DNA from: a virus
Taxonomy: Duplodnaviria; Caudoviricetes
Strand: one strand, 5' to 3'
Virus record (IMG/VR): IMGVR_UViG_3300028888_000001
DNA: 64,000 nt
Of this stretch, positions 10,842-20,537 are shown piece by piece. Positions within the stretch are counted from its first letter, which is position 1, and the number at the start of each line of letters is the position of its first letter. The translations under genes and the position numbers were made by a program. The notes below the pieces were generated by a model that saw only the letters and a list, made by a program, of their open reading frames with translations, searched no databases and was not told the origin of the DNA.

Positions 10842-10865
10842 CATCTAGGGATTGCTCCATAGATG
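10842..10865 (-). terminator. Terminator after cassette C3
   Basis: Minus strand CATCTATGGA-GCAA-TCCCTAGATG (one mismatch), GNRA loop. Confidence 0.65.
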
Positions 10866-10885
10866 ATATGATAAATTAGTTTTTA

Positions 10886-13111
10886 TCAAGTATTAAAACC
10901 ATATCTATTTAATGAAATATAATGAGATTTTATTGTAGATATTATTTCTCTAGCCATTAGATTTTGTCCAATTTCATTTGGATGCAATCCATCTTTAAGA
11001 GTTATACCCAATTCTCCACTAATATTAAATTCTCTAATTATACCAGAATTAGAATAATTATCAATTATTATACACCCGCAACGTTCAGCTATATGCTTTA
11101 ATTCATCATGCAATTTATCTGATGGTGCTTCATTCTCTGATCTTTGAATGGGAAGCGAACAATATACTTGAGCTAATGGAAATTGTCTTTTTATCCTTAA
11201 AAAGGCTTTTCTTGCAGCTTCGCAAAATTTATTTTCAGATAAATTGTCTATAGTAGCATCTACATCTATTGAATTTGGATATTGTTCCAAATATACTGTT
11301 TTGTTCATAGCATCTGCATATGTATCATTTGGAACTCCATCATTTGTTCCCAAAGCAAATATAATTATATCTGGATAAAAATCTCCTTCGGTTGGAAAAG
11401 CATTATGTTTATTAGGAATATCATTTATAGCTAAATCTATCTGATAATGTAAATTCTGCCTTTCATACCCAGATGTTCTGGTTTGTGATTTAAATGATGC
11501 TCCAGACATTGCATAATTTCTTAATTCTTTTATAGGTTCAGAATATTCTAATATTTCAGGCCATTTAGAATATCTTACTGTATTACCATTAGTATCTGTA
11601 TAACTATTAGATGGATGGTATTTTACCCATGCTGTGGTTTCATTGTCTTGATTTATAGTAAAGTTCTCTGCAGTTGTTATGCTATCTCCAAATACTAAAA
11701 CTGATATATCTTTTAATATATTATCAGATGCATTGGGTAAAAAGTTTTCTTTAATCTTTTCAGATGAATCTCCTATAAGTGATTCATCCCATTTATCTTT
11801 CATAATAATAATAGTATTATTAGGATCATTTATATCATAAATTCCATTATAAATATATAATAATAAATATTTTGCTGTTTCTGGCGCATATAACTTTAAT
11901 ACGTATTCATTATTATATATAGTATATATTTCTGGATTCAATGTTTCGTAAGTATCACCTGCCACAAAATTATTTTCAGTAGACCAAATATAATAATCTC
12001 TATTTCTGTTAGATACATATACATAGTAATATGTATTGGATTCAACTGGAAATATAATTGATGTAGTGTTACTATTTGCCATCAAAGTATTTGTCACTTG
12101 TGGGAATCCGTTAAATATAGTTATTAGAGAATTATCTAGCACATTGTTTTCTTCAAATAAATAATCTTTTGTTATATATTTAGATAAATCAAAATTATCA
12201 GTTGTTGTATCGACACTATTATTAGCGCTATTTTTTGAATAATAATATAATTTGGTATTATGTATTTGAGTTTCTCCGTTATACATTCTAGTTCCAAATC
12301 TTAAATATTCTGTATTTGCAGGAATTTCAAAATCATCTCTGGTAAAATTTCCAGAAATTTTATTAATATAGCCAATACATTCATAATTTGAATTATAAAA
12401 TGCAATTGCAGCAGATGATTCCCCAGCATAACAATCGGTTAGTATAAAATTCTCATTATTATATTTAATAAAATCTGTATTTCTATAATCAGGAGCGTTT
12501 GTATATACTAATCCTGTACCATCACCATTAGTAACTACTGCAATATATCCAATGAAATTATATTGTATTTCATATATTGGCATTATACAGTCTAAATTAT
12601 TTTGCATAGTTTCAATATCATAGTTAAGTAAATTTAATAGATTATCATTTAAATATTTATCATATAATTTTTCTTTTATAATATCTGGAATTGTAGTTGT
12701 GTTTTCATATAGTTTAATTTTACTCAAATCAGTATAATCATAGTTATAACTTCCAGATGCAAAATACATGAAAATATAATTAGCATTTTCATTTGTAGAA
12801 AACCATTGAATATTTGGATTGTCATTGCCGTAATGACAAGTAACTTTATCATACGTTTCACCAATAATAAATTCATTTATTGAATTTGAAATTGCATATC
12901 CCCTGCGATCTACAGGTTCACTAAAATCAATAACATAATTAGTATTTGGTTTTACTTGAAATACAATTGATGATATATTTGGTGCGTTACCATTACGTAT
13001 GGTAGTACCATCAGTAAATTTATTATTGATTACTATTAAATTATTATATTTTAATATATTATCATTTGTGTAAAAGTAAGATCTTATTTTATTATCAAAA
13101 TCGTTAGAAAG
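10886..13111 (-). CDS. Silent variable cassette C3 with SGNH/GDSL hydrolase domain
   Basis: ORF 10886..12769 extends 114 codons in frame to the core (LSNDFDNKIRSYFY...). SGNH blocks VFGDSIT, NYAMSGA, ALGTND, DGLHPN. Confidence 0.85.
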   Translation of the reverse strand, partial: LSNDFDNKIRSYFYTNDNILKYNNLIVINNKFTDGTTIRNGNAPNISSIVFQVKPNTNYVIDFSEPVDRRGYAISNSINEFIIGETYDKVTCHYGNDNPNIQWFSTNENANYIFMYFASGSYNYDYTDLSKIKLYENTTTIPDIIKEKLYDKYLNDNLLNLLNYDIETMQNNLDCIMPIYEIQYNFIGYIAVVTNGDGTGLVYTNAPDYRNTDFIKYNNENFILTDCYAGESSAAIAFYNSNYECIGYINKISGNFTRDDFEIPANTEYLRFGTRMYNGETQIHNTKLYYYSKNSANNSVDTTTDNFDLSKYITKDYLFEENNVLDNSLITIFNGFPQVTNTLMANSNTTSIIFPVESNTYYYVYVSNRNRDYYIWSTENNFVAGDTYETLNPEIYTIYNNEYVLKLYAPETAKYLLLYIYNGIYDINDPNNTIIIMKDKWDESLIGDSSEKIKENFLPNASDNILKDISVLVFGDSITTAENFTINQDNETTAWVKYHPSNSYTDTNGNTVRYSKWPEILEYSEPIKELRNYAMSGASFKSQTRTSGYERQNLHYQIDLAINDIPNKHNAFPTEGDFYPDIIIFALGTNDGVPNDTYADAMNKTVYLEQYPNSIDVDATIDNLSENKFCEAARKAFLRIKRQFPLAQVYCSLPIQRSENEAPSDKLHDELKHIAERCGCIIIDNYSNSGIIREFNISGELGITLKDGLHPNEIGQNLMAREIISTIKSHYISLNRYGFNT

Positions 13112-13119
13112 TTCAGTAA
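13098..13119 (-). repeat. Recombination site, 22-bp inverted copy of the expressed-gene site
   Basis: AAATCGTTAGAAAGTTCAGTAA is the exact reverse complement of 18242-18263. Confidence 0.95.
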
Positions 13120-13142
13120 CTTATTTTTACAAAAAAATAATA

Positions 13143-13170
13143 TGCCCATAGGGAGAAATCCCTATGGGTA
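13143..13170. terminator. Hairpin terminator insulating the silent site at 13098-13119
   Basis: TGCCCATAGGGA-GAAA-TCCCTATGGGTA. Confidence 0.8.
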
Positions 13171-13291
13171 CACATATAAGTTTAAATTATTCTTCATGTA
13201 GATCTGCTGTTATTTGATCATAATCGTTGTTAGATATAACAGTAACTCTATATATAATCAAAGAAAAACGAATTTGTAAAACAAAATTTAT

Positions 13292-13315
13292 CCCTCTAGC
13301 CGTTAGGCTAGAGGG
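13292..13315. terminator. Hairpin terminator
   Basis: CCCTCTAGCC-GTTA-GGCTAGAGGG. Confidence 0.7.
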
Positions 13316-13320
13316 TTTTA

Positions 13321-13527
13321 TTAATAATTTACATTGCTGACAATTCCGCCATTATACATATCTTTCTTTTTCTTTTCTATAATCTTATCCATTTGGCTAT
13401 AGAGAGATAATAAAGTATTATAGTCCATTGCATTTATTAAATTTATTGCTCTGGATAAATATTCTCCTTGCATATATGTATATGGATAAATATTTCTATT
13501 ATCATTGCATGTATTATAACTGCTCAT
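13321..13527 (-). CDS. Hypothetical protein
   Basis: AGGAG SD; 68 aa. Confidence 0.55.
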   Translation of the reverse strand: MSSYNTCNDNRNIYPYTYMQGEYLSRAINLINAMDYNTLLSLYSQMDKIIEKKKKDMYNGGIVSNVNY

Positions 13528-13547
13528 TATTGGCTCCTATAGGGTAT

Positions 13548-13793
13548 TCATCTCATACGTTTATCTATTATTTTCTTGCATGCTAGAAATCTTATACGAT
13601 CACTTTCAATGACAAATTTATCATTCTTATGATCTTGCATATAGTTCCAGCATTGTAGCGAAGACCAATCTTTCAATTCCGTTTCAATTGCATCATTAAT
13701 TGCTTTAGATTCTATTTTTATCATTTTTATTGATACAATGATAAATGCCACTAATACTATAGTAATTAATGTGCTTGAAATATAAAAAACCAT
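13548..13793 (-). CDS. Small membrane protein
   Basis: GAGGTG SD; N-terminal hydrophobic helix. Confidence 0.6.
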   Translation of the reverse strand: MVFYISSTLITIVLVAFIIVSIKMIKIESKAINDAIETELKDWSSLQCWNYMQDHKNDKFVIESDRIRFLACKKIIDKRMR

Positions 13794-13930
13794 ATTTTTA
13801 AATCACCTCAAAAACTTTCTATAATAGAGTATAGCACTGCTACTGCTGTGCTCGTATTCTATTATTAAGAATTAATTAGCGATATGCCAATATGATATGC
13901 ACTCTTAATACGTATATGTTGAATAAAAAA

Positions 13931-14004
13931 TAGATCGTCCGAGACTCGAACTCGGGACACACGGCTTATAAGGCCGCCGCTCTAACCTACTGAGCTAACG
14001 ATCC
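13931..14004 (-). tRNA. tRNA-Ile (anticodon UAU)
   Basis: Reverse complement GGATCGTTAGCTCAGTAGGTTAGAGCGGCGGCCTTATAAGCCGTGTGTCCCGAGTTCGAGTCTCGGACGATCTA folds as a cloverleaf; anticodon loop CT-TAT-AA; TTCGA T-loop; no encoded CCA. Confidence 0.92.
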
Positions 14005-14064
14005 ATAGTTGAGCAATAAATATGCTACAAGCCAATACTTTTATGTTATTGCTATAATATTTTA

Positions 14065-14913
14065 TTATTCAATAACATCCATCATCTGTTTATACGGATA
14101 CGGAGATCCGTGATCTATTCTATTAAGACGAGCTTTAGAAAATGCATCCATTGTTATTGGAACTCTATTGCCACCATTCAATGTAGGAATATTGTATTTA
14201 TAATGTGCTACGCAATCTCTATATACTGCTGCGGAATACGGATCAGAAAATTTTGCATGCATAGCTTCAGAACCATTGTGATTAAACGATGCATGCCATG
14301 AGTTATCTCTAAAGCTTACTCCAACATATGGATTTGTAGATGTACCACCGTATGTTTGTCTTGCCATTTGAGCCATATTCTGATTTCTCGGAATTAATAC
14401 GCAAGTCCATGGTGAATAAACTTTTTGATTTTCTGGGATACCCTGCTGAAGTGTGTCTTTGTCTAAATCATACCCATTATTAGTACAAGCCCAATTATTA
14501 TAATTTGGCATTTTTATAAAATCTAAGAAGAAATTTTTAAATGAATGCCATACTGGATGAACTCTAATACCTAAAGCACCATACCATTGATAGTCTTTAG
14601 CATTTGGATCATAGCATCTACTTAGCATAGATCTCCATATAGCATATATTCTATTATGCTCATTGATATTGGAATTATAACCGAATTTATTAGCATCATC
14701 AAAATATCCAACTCCAAATATCAATGGAAATTTTTGATCTTTAACTGCCAGCTTATGTACGTCACTAACGTTAACCCAGTATTCATAACCAGTATTTTTA
14801 AATCTAATTTTCGCTTTTGATCTATTATTTATAACAGCTTGATCTACAACAGTAAATTCCCCATACACCGGATGCTCAGCTTCAAGTCCTACACAATTCA
14901 TAGCCCTCGGCAT
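14065..14913 (-). CDS. HNH homing endonuclease-like protein with C-terminal AP2-like domain
   Basis: WRSMLSRCY..YGALGIRV..W..F..F, LDKD..YSPWTC..N and YVGVSF..WHA motifs; AAGGAGGAG SD. Confidence 0.75.
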   Translation of the reverse strand: MPRAMNCVGLEAEHPVYGEFTVVDQAVINNRSKAKIRFKNTGYEYWVNVSDVHKLAVKDQKFPLIFGVGYFDDANKFGYNSNINEHNRIYAIWRSMLSRCYDPNAKDYQWYGALGIRVHPVWHSFKNFFLDFIKMPNYNNWACTNNGYDLDKDTLQQGIPENQKVYSPWTCVLIPRNQNMAQMARQTYGGTSTNPYVGVSFRDNSWHASFNHNGSEAMHAKFSDPYSAAVYRDCVAHYKYNIPTLNGGNRVPITMDAFSKARLNRIDHGSPYPYKQMMDVIE

Positions 14914-15022
14914 TATTATACTCCTCCTTATGTATATTTATATCCATGTGTATGCTAGTGTAAATTTCGAATATATGTTTCACCACGTTTATTTTTCAAT
15001 AAAATAGACCCCAAATATCTTC

Positions 15023-15034
15023 AACATTATTATA
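15023..15034 (+). promoter_or_regulatory. Putative late promoter of the operon containing the constant tail-fibre gene
   Basis: AACA TTATTA TA upstream of 15071. Confidence 0.6.
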
Positions 15035-15070
15035 ATTGCAGCAAATATTAAAGAAAGGAGATCTCTTTCT

Positions 15071-15868
15071 ATGGCTAATATTAATTATGCAACTTTAGCT
15101 AAAGAAATCAATGGAGTAATTGAGTACATTTACCCCAAGACTGTTGCTAGTATAGTCGAATATACGTCAGATCAGACAGTAGAAGAAGCGTTAAATGAGA
15201 TCAAATCTGGTCTTGGTAATGTGTCTTCTGCAGTCGCAGCTGACTATTACAGCAAAACTGAAGTAGATCAATATCTCGATTCTCTATATTCTGTAATTAA
15301 ACTTGAATCTGTTTCTGTATCTCCAGCATATGCCGAGCTTGGTTCATCCAAGACGGTTAACGTTTCCTGGGCAGCTAGCAGAAAGCCTTACAATGTAACC
15401 GTAAATGGTACAGATATGACTTCTCAGGTAACCGGTGAAACCGGCTCTTTCTCATTTAGTAATGTGAATTCTGATACTACATATACTGTAGCAATTAAGG
15501 ATCACAAGAATAATGGTCAGAGTAAGAATGGCTCTATCAAATTCGTTAATAGAGTATATTGGGGTGCTAGTTCTTCTGCTAGCTTAAATAGCTCTGATGC
15601 TATTAAGGGATTAAGCAAGAAAAGCGCTGATAACGATTCTGGCGCTAAATCTCGTAACGTTGGTAGTCTTAGCTTTAATAACCAATATTTCTATTATTGC
15701 TATCCCAGCAGGCTCGGTGCAATCACTGCTACAGCTGGTGGTTTAGCATTTGCTCTTAATGCTCCTGTAACGGTAAGTTTCACTAACGATAGCGGTTATA
15801 CAGAGAATTATTATGTATATAGATCAAGTAACGTGCTTAGTGGTTCTCTTAGCATCGTTGTAAGCTGA
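15071..15868 (+). CDS. Tail fibre-associated structural protein (beta-sandwich)
   Basis: AAGGAG SD. IYPKT motif shared with 4854/5888; C-terminal YWG..YFYYCYP..YYVYRS domain similar to the C-termini of 5888 and 15897. Confidence 0.65.
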   Translation: MANINYATLAKEINGVIEYIYPKTVASIVEYTSDQTVEEALNEIKSGLGNVSSAVAADYYSKTEVDQYLDSLYSVIKLESVSVSPAYAELGSSKTVNVSWAASRKPYNVTVNGTDMTSQVTGETGSFSFSNVNSDTTYTVAIKDHKNNGQSKNGSIKFVNRVYWGASSSASLNSSDAIKGLSKKSADNDSGAKSRNVGSLSFNNQYFYYCYPSRLGAITATAGGLAFALNAPVTVSFTNDSGYTENYYVYRSSNVLSGSLSIVVS

Positions 15869-15896
15869 TAAATTATACGTAAGGAGGTGAAAATAC

Positions 15897-17051
15897 ATGG
15901 CAAAAAATTTTGCTAGATACGGTGGAGGCGTTCTGGTTACTGGCGGTATCGAACCAGCTGGTAATTTCCCAGTCGTTGAATCCAAATATGTTATGGTTAA
16001 AGAAGACGGAACTACACTAGCAGATGTACTTGGTGACGGTTCTGGTTCTATTTCTGATCAGATTAATGTAGAATTAGCATCATATTCTACTACAGCTCAG
16101 GTAAAAGCGTTTAATGATATGGCTAACTACTATACAAAAACGCAGATGGATGCAGCAAGTGGTACAGGTGCTAAAGTAGATAAATCTGCTGTGCAATCTT
16201 CTCTCAGCGCTTCATCTACAAATGAACAAGTACCATCTGCTAAGGCTACTTATGATGCAATTGAGAACGCCAAGAGCGCAGCAGCAAATAATAAAATTGC
16301 TTCTGTTACATCTGGTTCTACAGTTCCAGTCACATCCGGTGCGGTATATTCTGAATTTCAGAACTATTATACTAAAGATGAGGCTAATGAAAACTTTTAT
16401 GTTGCTATCGTTATCAACTCTAGTTCTCTCTCTAAGGGCACATTTGAGCAGGGCGATACTGCTAAAACTGCTACTTTCAGCTGGTCTACTAATACTTTAG
16501 CTGTAAGTGCTAAAATCTCAGTTGGCGGTGGAGCAGCAACAGAAACTATTACAAGTGGTCAGAAGAAAAACAGCGGTACATATACTGTTACTGTTGATAC
16601 TGATTCTGTTGGTAGCAATGGCTCCAAGACAGTCGCTGTTAAGGTTGATGTTAAGGATGCCTTTGACGGTACAGCAAGTAAATCTGTAAATGCTACTGTA
16701 TGCAATAATGTTATTATTGGTGGTGCTGTTAAAGCTACCTCTAGTAATGGCGCAACTGTATTATCAGATGCTAATATGTCTGCTAAATTCTTGCAGACTA
16801 GTAAAGCACTTGGTAGTGCTGCAGCTCCAAAGAGTGCAACAGTTCAAGCTAATAAGTACTTTACACTTGCTATTCCTTCTGCATATGGCACACCTAGCAA
16901 ATTCAATCTTAATGGTAGCGATATAGCTCTGCCTAAAATTGCTAGTAATGTAGCTTTCACTAATGGATTTGGAAAGACTGTTAATTATGATATCTATCAG
17001 AATAACCAGGCTCCAAATGCAAATACTACATATTCTTTCTATTGTTCATAA
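15897..17051 (+). CDS. Tail fibre-associated structural protein
   Basis: AAGGAGGTG SD. N-terminal GNFPVVE motif like 17077 (GTFPIVE); QVPSAKATY repeat; C-terminal YFTLAIP..YDIYQ domain. Confidence 0.65.
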   Translation: MAKNFARYGGGVLVTGGIEPAGNFPVVESKYVMVKEDGTTLADVLGDGSGSISDQINVELASYSTTAQVKAFNDMANYYTKTQMDAASGTGAKVDKSAVQSSLSASSTNEQVPSAKATYDAIENAKSAAANNKIASVTSGSTVPVTSGAVYSEFQNYYTKDEANENFYVAIVINSSSLSKGTFEQGDTAKTATFSWSTNTLAVSAKISVGGGAATETITSGQKKNSGTYTVTVDTDSVGSNGSKTVAVKVDVKDAFDGTASKSVNATVCNNVIIGGAVKATSSNGATVLSDANMSAKFLQTSKALGSAAAPKSATVQANKYFTLAIPSAYGTPSKFNLNGSDIALPKIASNVAFTNGFGKTVNYDIYQNNQAPNANTTYSFYCS

Positions 17052-17076
17052 AATAAACTTAAGGAGGATATAATAA

Positions 17077-20000
17077 ATGGCTAAAACGCTTAGTAATTAT
17101 GATCCACTAGTACAAGTACCAGCAAGTATGACTCCTGCAAATGGAACATTCCCTATTGTAGAGGCACATGATGTGTTGGTTGGTGCTAGTGATAAGAGAC
17201 TTGATTCTAAGCTCTCTGACATTGATGATGCCATCTCTGCTATTACAGATGGTGATTCAGGTGGGCTTAATGATAAAGTTGACAAGAGTGCTATGACTAC
17301 TACAGTTGCTGCAGCTGCTAGTGCTGTAGATACAAAAATTCCTACAGAGAAGGCAGTTCGTACAGCCATTGATGCTAAAACTATTACTGTAGATAGCGCT
17401 CTTAGCACTACAAGTACCAACGCTGTACAGAATAAAGTTGTTAATACAGCGCTTGATACTAAGGTAGATAAGGTTACTGGTAAGCAGCTCTCTACTGAGG
17501 ATTATACCTCTGCTGAGAAGACTAAGCTTGCAGGCGTAGCTACAGGTGCTACCAATACGCCTATTGTTGCTACAGCTAATAAGCCAGCTGATGCTGCTAG
17601 TGCTGTAGAGACTAATGTTCTTTCTTCTAAGGCTACATTAACAGCAATCGATTCTGCCATTGATGCAGCATCCGAAGATTTTGACGCTGCAGCTGCTGCG
17701 CTGCAGACTTCTTATAATACGTTTACCAATGAAGTCGATGCCAAGATTGGTGAGCCAAGTGATACTGCTGATCCTGCAGCCACTGCAGTATGGCCAAGAC
17801 TTAAGAATGCAGAAAACGATATCGGAGCTCTCTCTGCTCAGTTCTTAGTAGCTAATGCTCTTACCACAACTGAGATGTCTGATACCTCTAGATTCTATAT
17901 CTATAAGGGTAAGGAGCTTCATGTAGTTGCAGCTGAAGCTGATATGACCGATACCACTGGTGATATCATCTATAGTCTTACTACAGCTGGTTCTACTTAT
18001 GCTGTTGGTCTGTATTCTTATGATTCTGCAAATAGCAATTACGCAGCTCTTACTGCTGCTGATGTGTTCAATATCACTATTGAAGGTTCTGCTACTGCTG
18101 GAACTATCTTCTATCCGTCATATTGGTATTACTATGACACCAATACTTGGAAGATGGGCAGTGCTATGGCAAGTGTAGATGTAGATCCTACACTGAGTGT
18201 TTCTGGTGCCGCTGCTGATGCTAAGGTTACTGGAGATCAACTTACTGAACTTTCTAACGATTTGACGAATAATAAAGATGAAATATATGATTTAAATGTA
18301 TTTTGCAAAAAAGAAATAGAAACAAAAATTTCTGCTGCTTGTAATCTTATTGCCGGTAAAAGCGTTGTTGCATCAAATCAATTAATAACTGTAAATATAG
18401 CCAATGGACAACATTATAAATTTTTATTAAAAGATGACGACCATTTTATAAATGGCCAATATTTTTTGTATGAAAATGGAACAGACGCAAAAGCTCTAGA
18501 AACTAATACTCTTCATTTACTTACAGCATCAAAAGACATTAATTTTATTTCTATTTATATTAATGGGGCAATTATTATTGAGTCGGGTGTTGTTGAGGCG
18601 ATACTTTATAAAATAGATGAATTCGAAAATTCTCTTGAAAATCAAATATTAAGTTTAAAAAATAATGAAGAAAAAATTAATAATGATATTAAAAACAATA
18701 TTTTAAGTATTGAAAATGATATTAAACTTTTTTATAATGGTACATCATTAATTTTGGATAATGTGCTATGGGAAAATGGTCAATTTGATCATGCTGGAAA
18801 TAAAAATAATGGACCGAATCAAAGACGCACAGCATATCCAATAAAATTTACTGATACTATAAAAATTTCAAGAGCTGAAGGTGCTAGTATTAGTATTTAT
18901 ATATTAGAATTAGATGAAAATAAATCTCCAATAAAAGATTTATATCGAATCACTACATCGGAAAAATTGTTATCAAATGAAGATTGCGCATATATTGATA
19001 TTATGCTATATTCAACGACTATACCACAAGCAGAACTTGAGCAAAATATTACAATAGAACTCATTAGATCTATTGATGAAAGCTCGGTTTTAGAAACTGA
19101 GGATAGAAATTCTGAAATTGATGAATTGAAAAATAACACTTTAGGCAATGCGTATTTTAAAATAAATAGCAAATTAGAATCTAATGCAGAAATTACACGT
19201 CAAGTGGGTCTTAGCGTTAGTGATTTTATAAGTATACCACCATCATTTAAATATATGAAAGTTTATACTGGCAGTGATACTACTAAAAGAATTATTTGTT
19301 TTTATGATGAAAATAAAGAATTCTTAGGATGGCGAGGAGTCGATGGGACTGCTTCAGAGTATAGATCACTTGCTCTAAATGACACTTTTAGTGCTACTTA
19401 TTTAAGATTTACTTTTGTAACAAATTATGATGCTAGGGTTGAAGTAGATAATAGAAATATTTATAGAAAATATTCTTATTTAACCAATAAAGAAATTCCA
19501 AGTTATTATCAAAATTATATAGAGCAAAAAATAATCAGAATTAATGAATTGGCATCTGAAGTAGCTGCAGCTGGAGATATTTTTGTATTTATAACTGATG
19601 AGCATTGGGGATTAAATCAGAAAAATTCAATACCGTTAATTTCTTATTTAAATAAAAGATGCCATTTTAATAAAATATTCAGCGGCGGTGATACGGACGA
19701 CAATCCAAGCGAAGAATTTTGTAATAATTTAAGAGAAGCATTTCCATACTCCATATATCATGCTGCTGGCAATCATGATTGGTTTGCTGAATCTGGGGCT
19801 CTTATTTATTATTATTTCCACAGCTATAATACAAATCAAATAGGGAATATGGAAAAGAATTATTATTATATTGATGATCAAACAAAAAATATACGATATA
19901 TTATTCTTAATAGATTCCGTCAAGTTGATAAAACTTGGATTAATGCATATGATGATGAAGATCAATTAAATTGGGTGCAAGATAAAGCTCTTAATATACA

Positions 20001-20427
20001 AGATGGTTGGAGTATTATTATACTTACGCATTGGTTTGATATGCGTACAAATGATTCTAGAAATCTTCGCCAAATATTTGACAATGCAAGAAATAATGGT
20101 AAAGATATAATAGCGATTTTTTCTGGGCATGCTCATTATGATGCAGTATGGCATACTGAAGGCGGCATACCTATTATTGTAACTACTTGTGATAAAAATA
20201 GTCCATGGATAAAAAATGGGACTGATATGGAACCATGGTTGACAGAACAAAGAATTAGTGGAACTATAAATGAACAAGCATTTGATGTTGTAATAATTGA
20301 TAGAAAGACAAAAAAGATTACTTCTGTTCGTATTGGAGCACCAGCTATGAATAATATAGATATTACCCCGTTAAATGAAAATTGGTCGTATGATAATGTG
20401 TTAGAAGAACGTGAAATTTTATATTAA
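17077..20427 (+). CDS. Expressed tail fibre/tailspike: 391-aa constant N-terminus fused to variable cassette C4 (calcineurin-like metallophosphoesterase)
   Basis: AAGGAGG SD. Fibre repeats, then DPTLSVSGAAADAKVTGDQLTE-LSNDL at the core (18250). Composition turns sharply AT-rich after the core. Metallophosphoesterase motifs ITDEH, GGD, GNHD, LTHW, SGHAH. Confidence 0.9.
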   Translation: MAKTLSNYDPLVQVPASMTPANGTFPIVEAHDVLVGASDKRLDSKLSDIDDAISAITDGDSGGLNDKVDKSAMTTTVAAAASAVDTKIPTEKAVRTAIDAKTITVDSALSTTSTNAVQNKVVNTALDTKVDKVTGKQLSTEDYTSAEKTKLAGVATGATNTPIVATANKPADAASAVETNVLSSKATLTAIDSAIDAASEDFDAAAAALQTSYNTFTNEVDAKIGEPSDTADPAATAVWPRLKNAENDIGALSAQFLVANALTTTEMSDTSRFYIYKGKELHVVAAEADMTDTTGDIIYSLTTAGSTYAVGLYSYDSANSNYAALTAADVFNITIEGSATAGTIFYPSYWYYYDTNTWKMGSAMASVDVDPTLSVSGAAADAKVTGDQLTELSNDLTNNKDEIYDLNVFCKKEIETKISAACNLIAGKSVVASNQLITVNIANGQHYKFLLKDDDHFINGQYFLYENGTDAKALETNTLHLLTASKDINFISIYINGAIIIESGVVEAILYKIDEFENSLENQILSLKNNEEKINNDIKNNILSIENDIKLFYNGTSLILDNVLWENGQFDHAGNKNNGPNQRRTAYPIKFTDTIKISRAEGASISIYILELDENKSPIKDLYRITTSEKLLSNEDCAYIDIMLYSTTIPQAELEQNITIELIRSIDESSVLETEDRNSEIDELKNNTLGNAYFKINSKLESNAEITRQVGLSVSDFISIPPSFKYMKVYTGSDTTKRIICFYDENKEFLGWRGVDGTASEYRSLALNDTFSATYLRFTFVTNYDARVEVDNRNIYRKYSYLTNKEIPSYYQNYIEQKIIRINELASEVAAAGDIFVFITDEHWGLNQKNSIPLISYLNKRCHFNKIFSGGDTDDNPSEEFCNNLREAFPYSIYHAAGNHDWFAESGALIYYYFHSYNTNQIGNMEKNYYYIDDQTKNIRYIILNRFRQVDKTWINAYDDEDQLNWVQDKALNIQDGWSIIILTHWFDMRTNDSRNLRQIFDNARNNGKDIIAIFSGHAHYDAVWHTEGGIPIIVTTCDKNSPWIKNGTDMEPWLTEQRISGTINEQAFDVVIIDRKTKKITSVRIGAPAMNNIDITPLNENWSYDNVLEEREILY
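18242..18263 (+). repeat. Recombination (crossover) site within the expressed gene
   Basis: TTACTGAA-CTTTCTAACGATTT; core in frame at codon 392. Confidence 0.95.
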
Positions 20428-20441
20428 ATAAAAATAAATTA

Positions 20442-20475
20442 ATAATGCTATAGGGAGTTATCCCTATAGCATTAT
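20442..20475. terminator. Terminator after cassette C4
   Basis: ATAATGCTATAGGGA-GTTA-TCCCTATAGCATTAT. Confidence 0.85.
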
Positions 20476-20537
20476 CGTATTTTTTGACATTCTATTAATA
20501 GTAATAAACATGTTTTTATATCGTTGGAGGTAATTTT

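Noticed and set aside
13995-14002. CTAACGAT in the tRNA matches 8 bp of the recombination core
   Set aside because: Short match constrained by tRNA structure, with no cassette ORF attached; likely chance.
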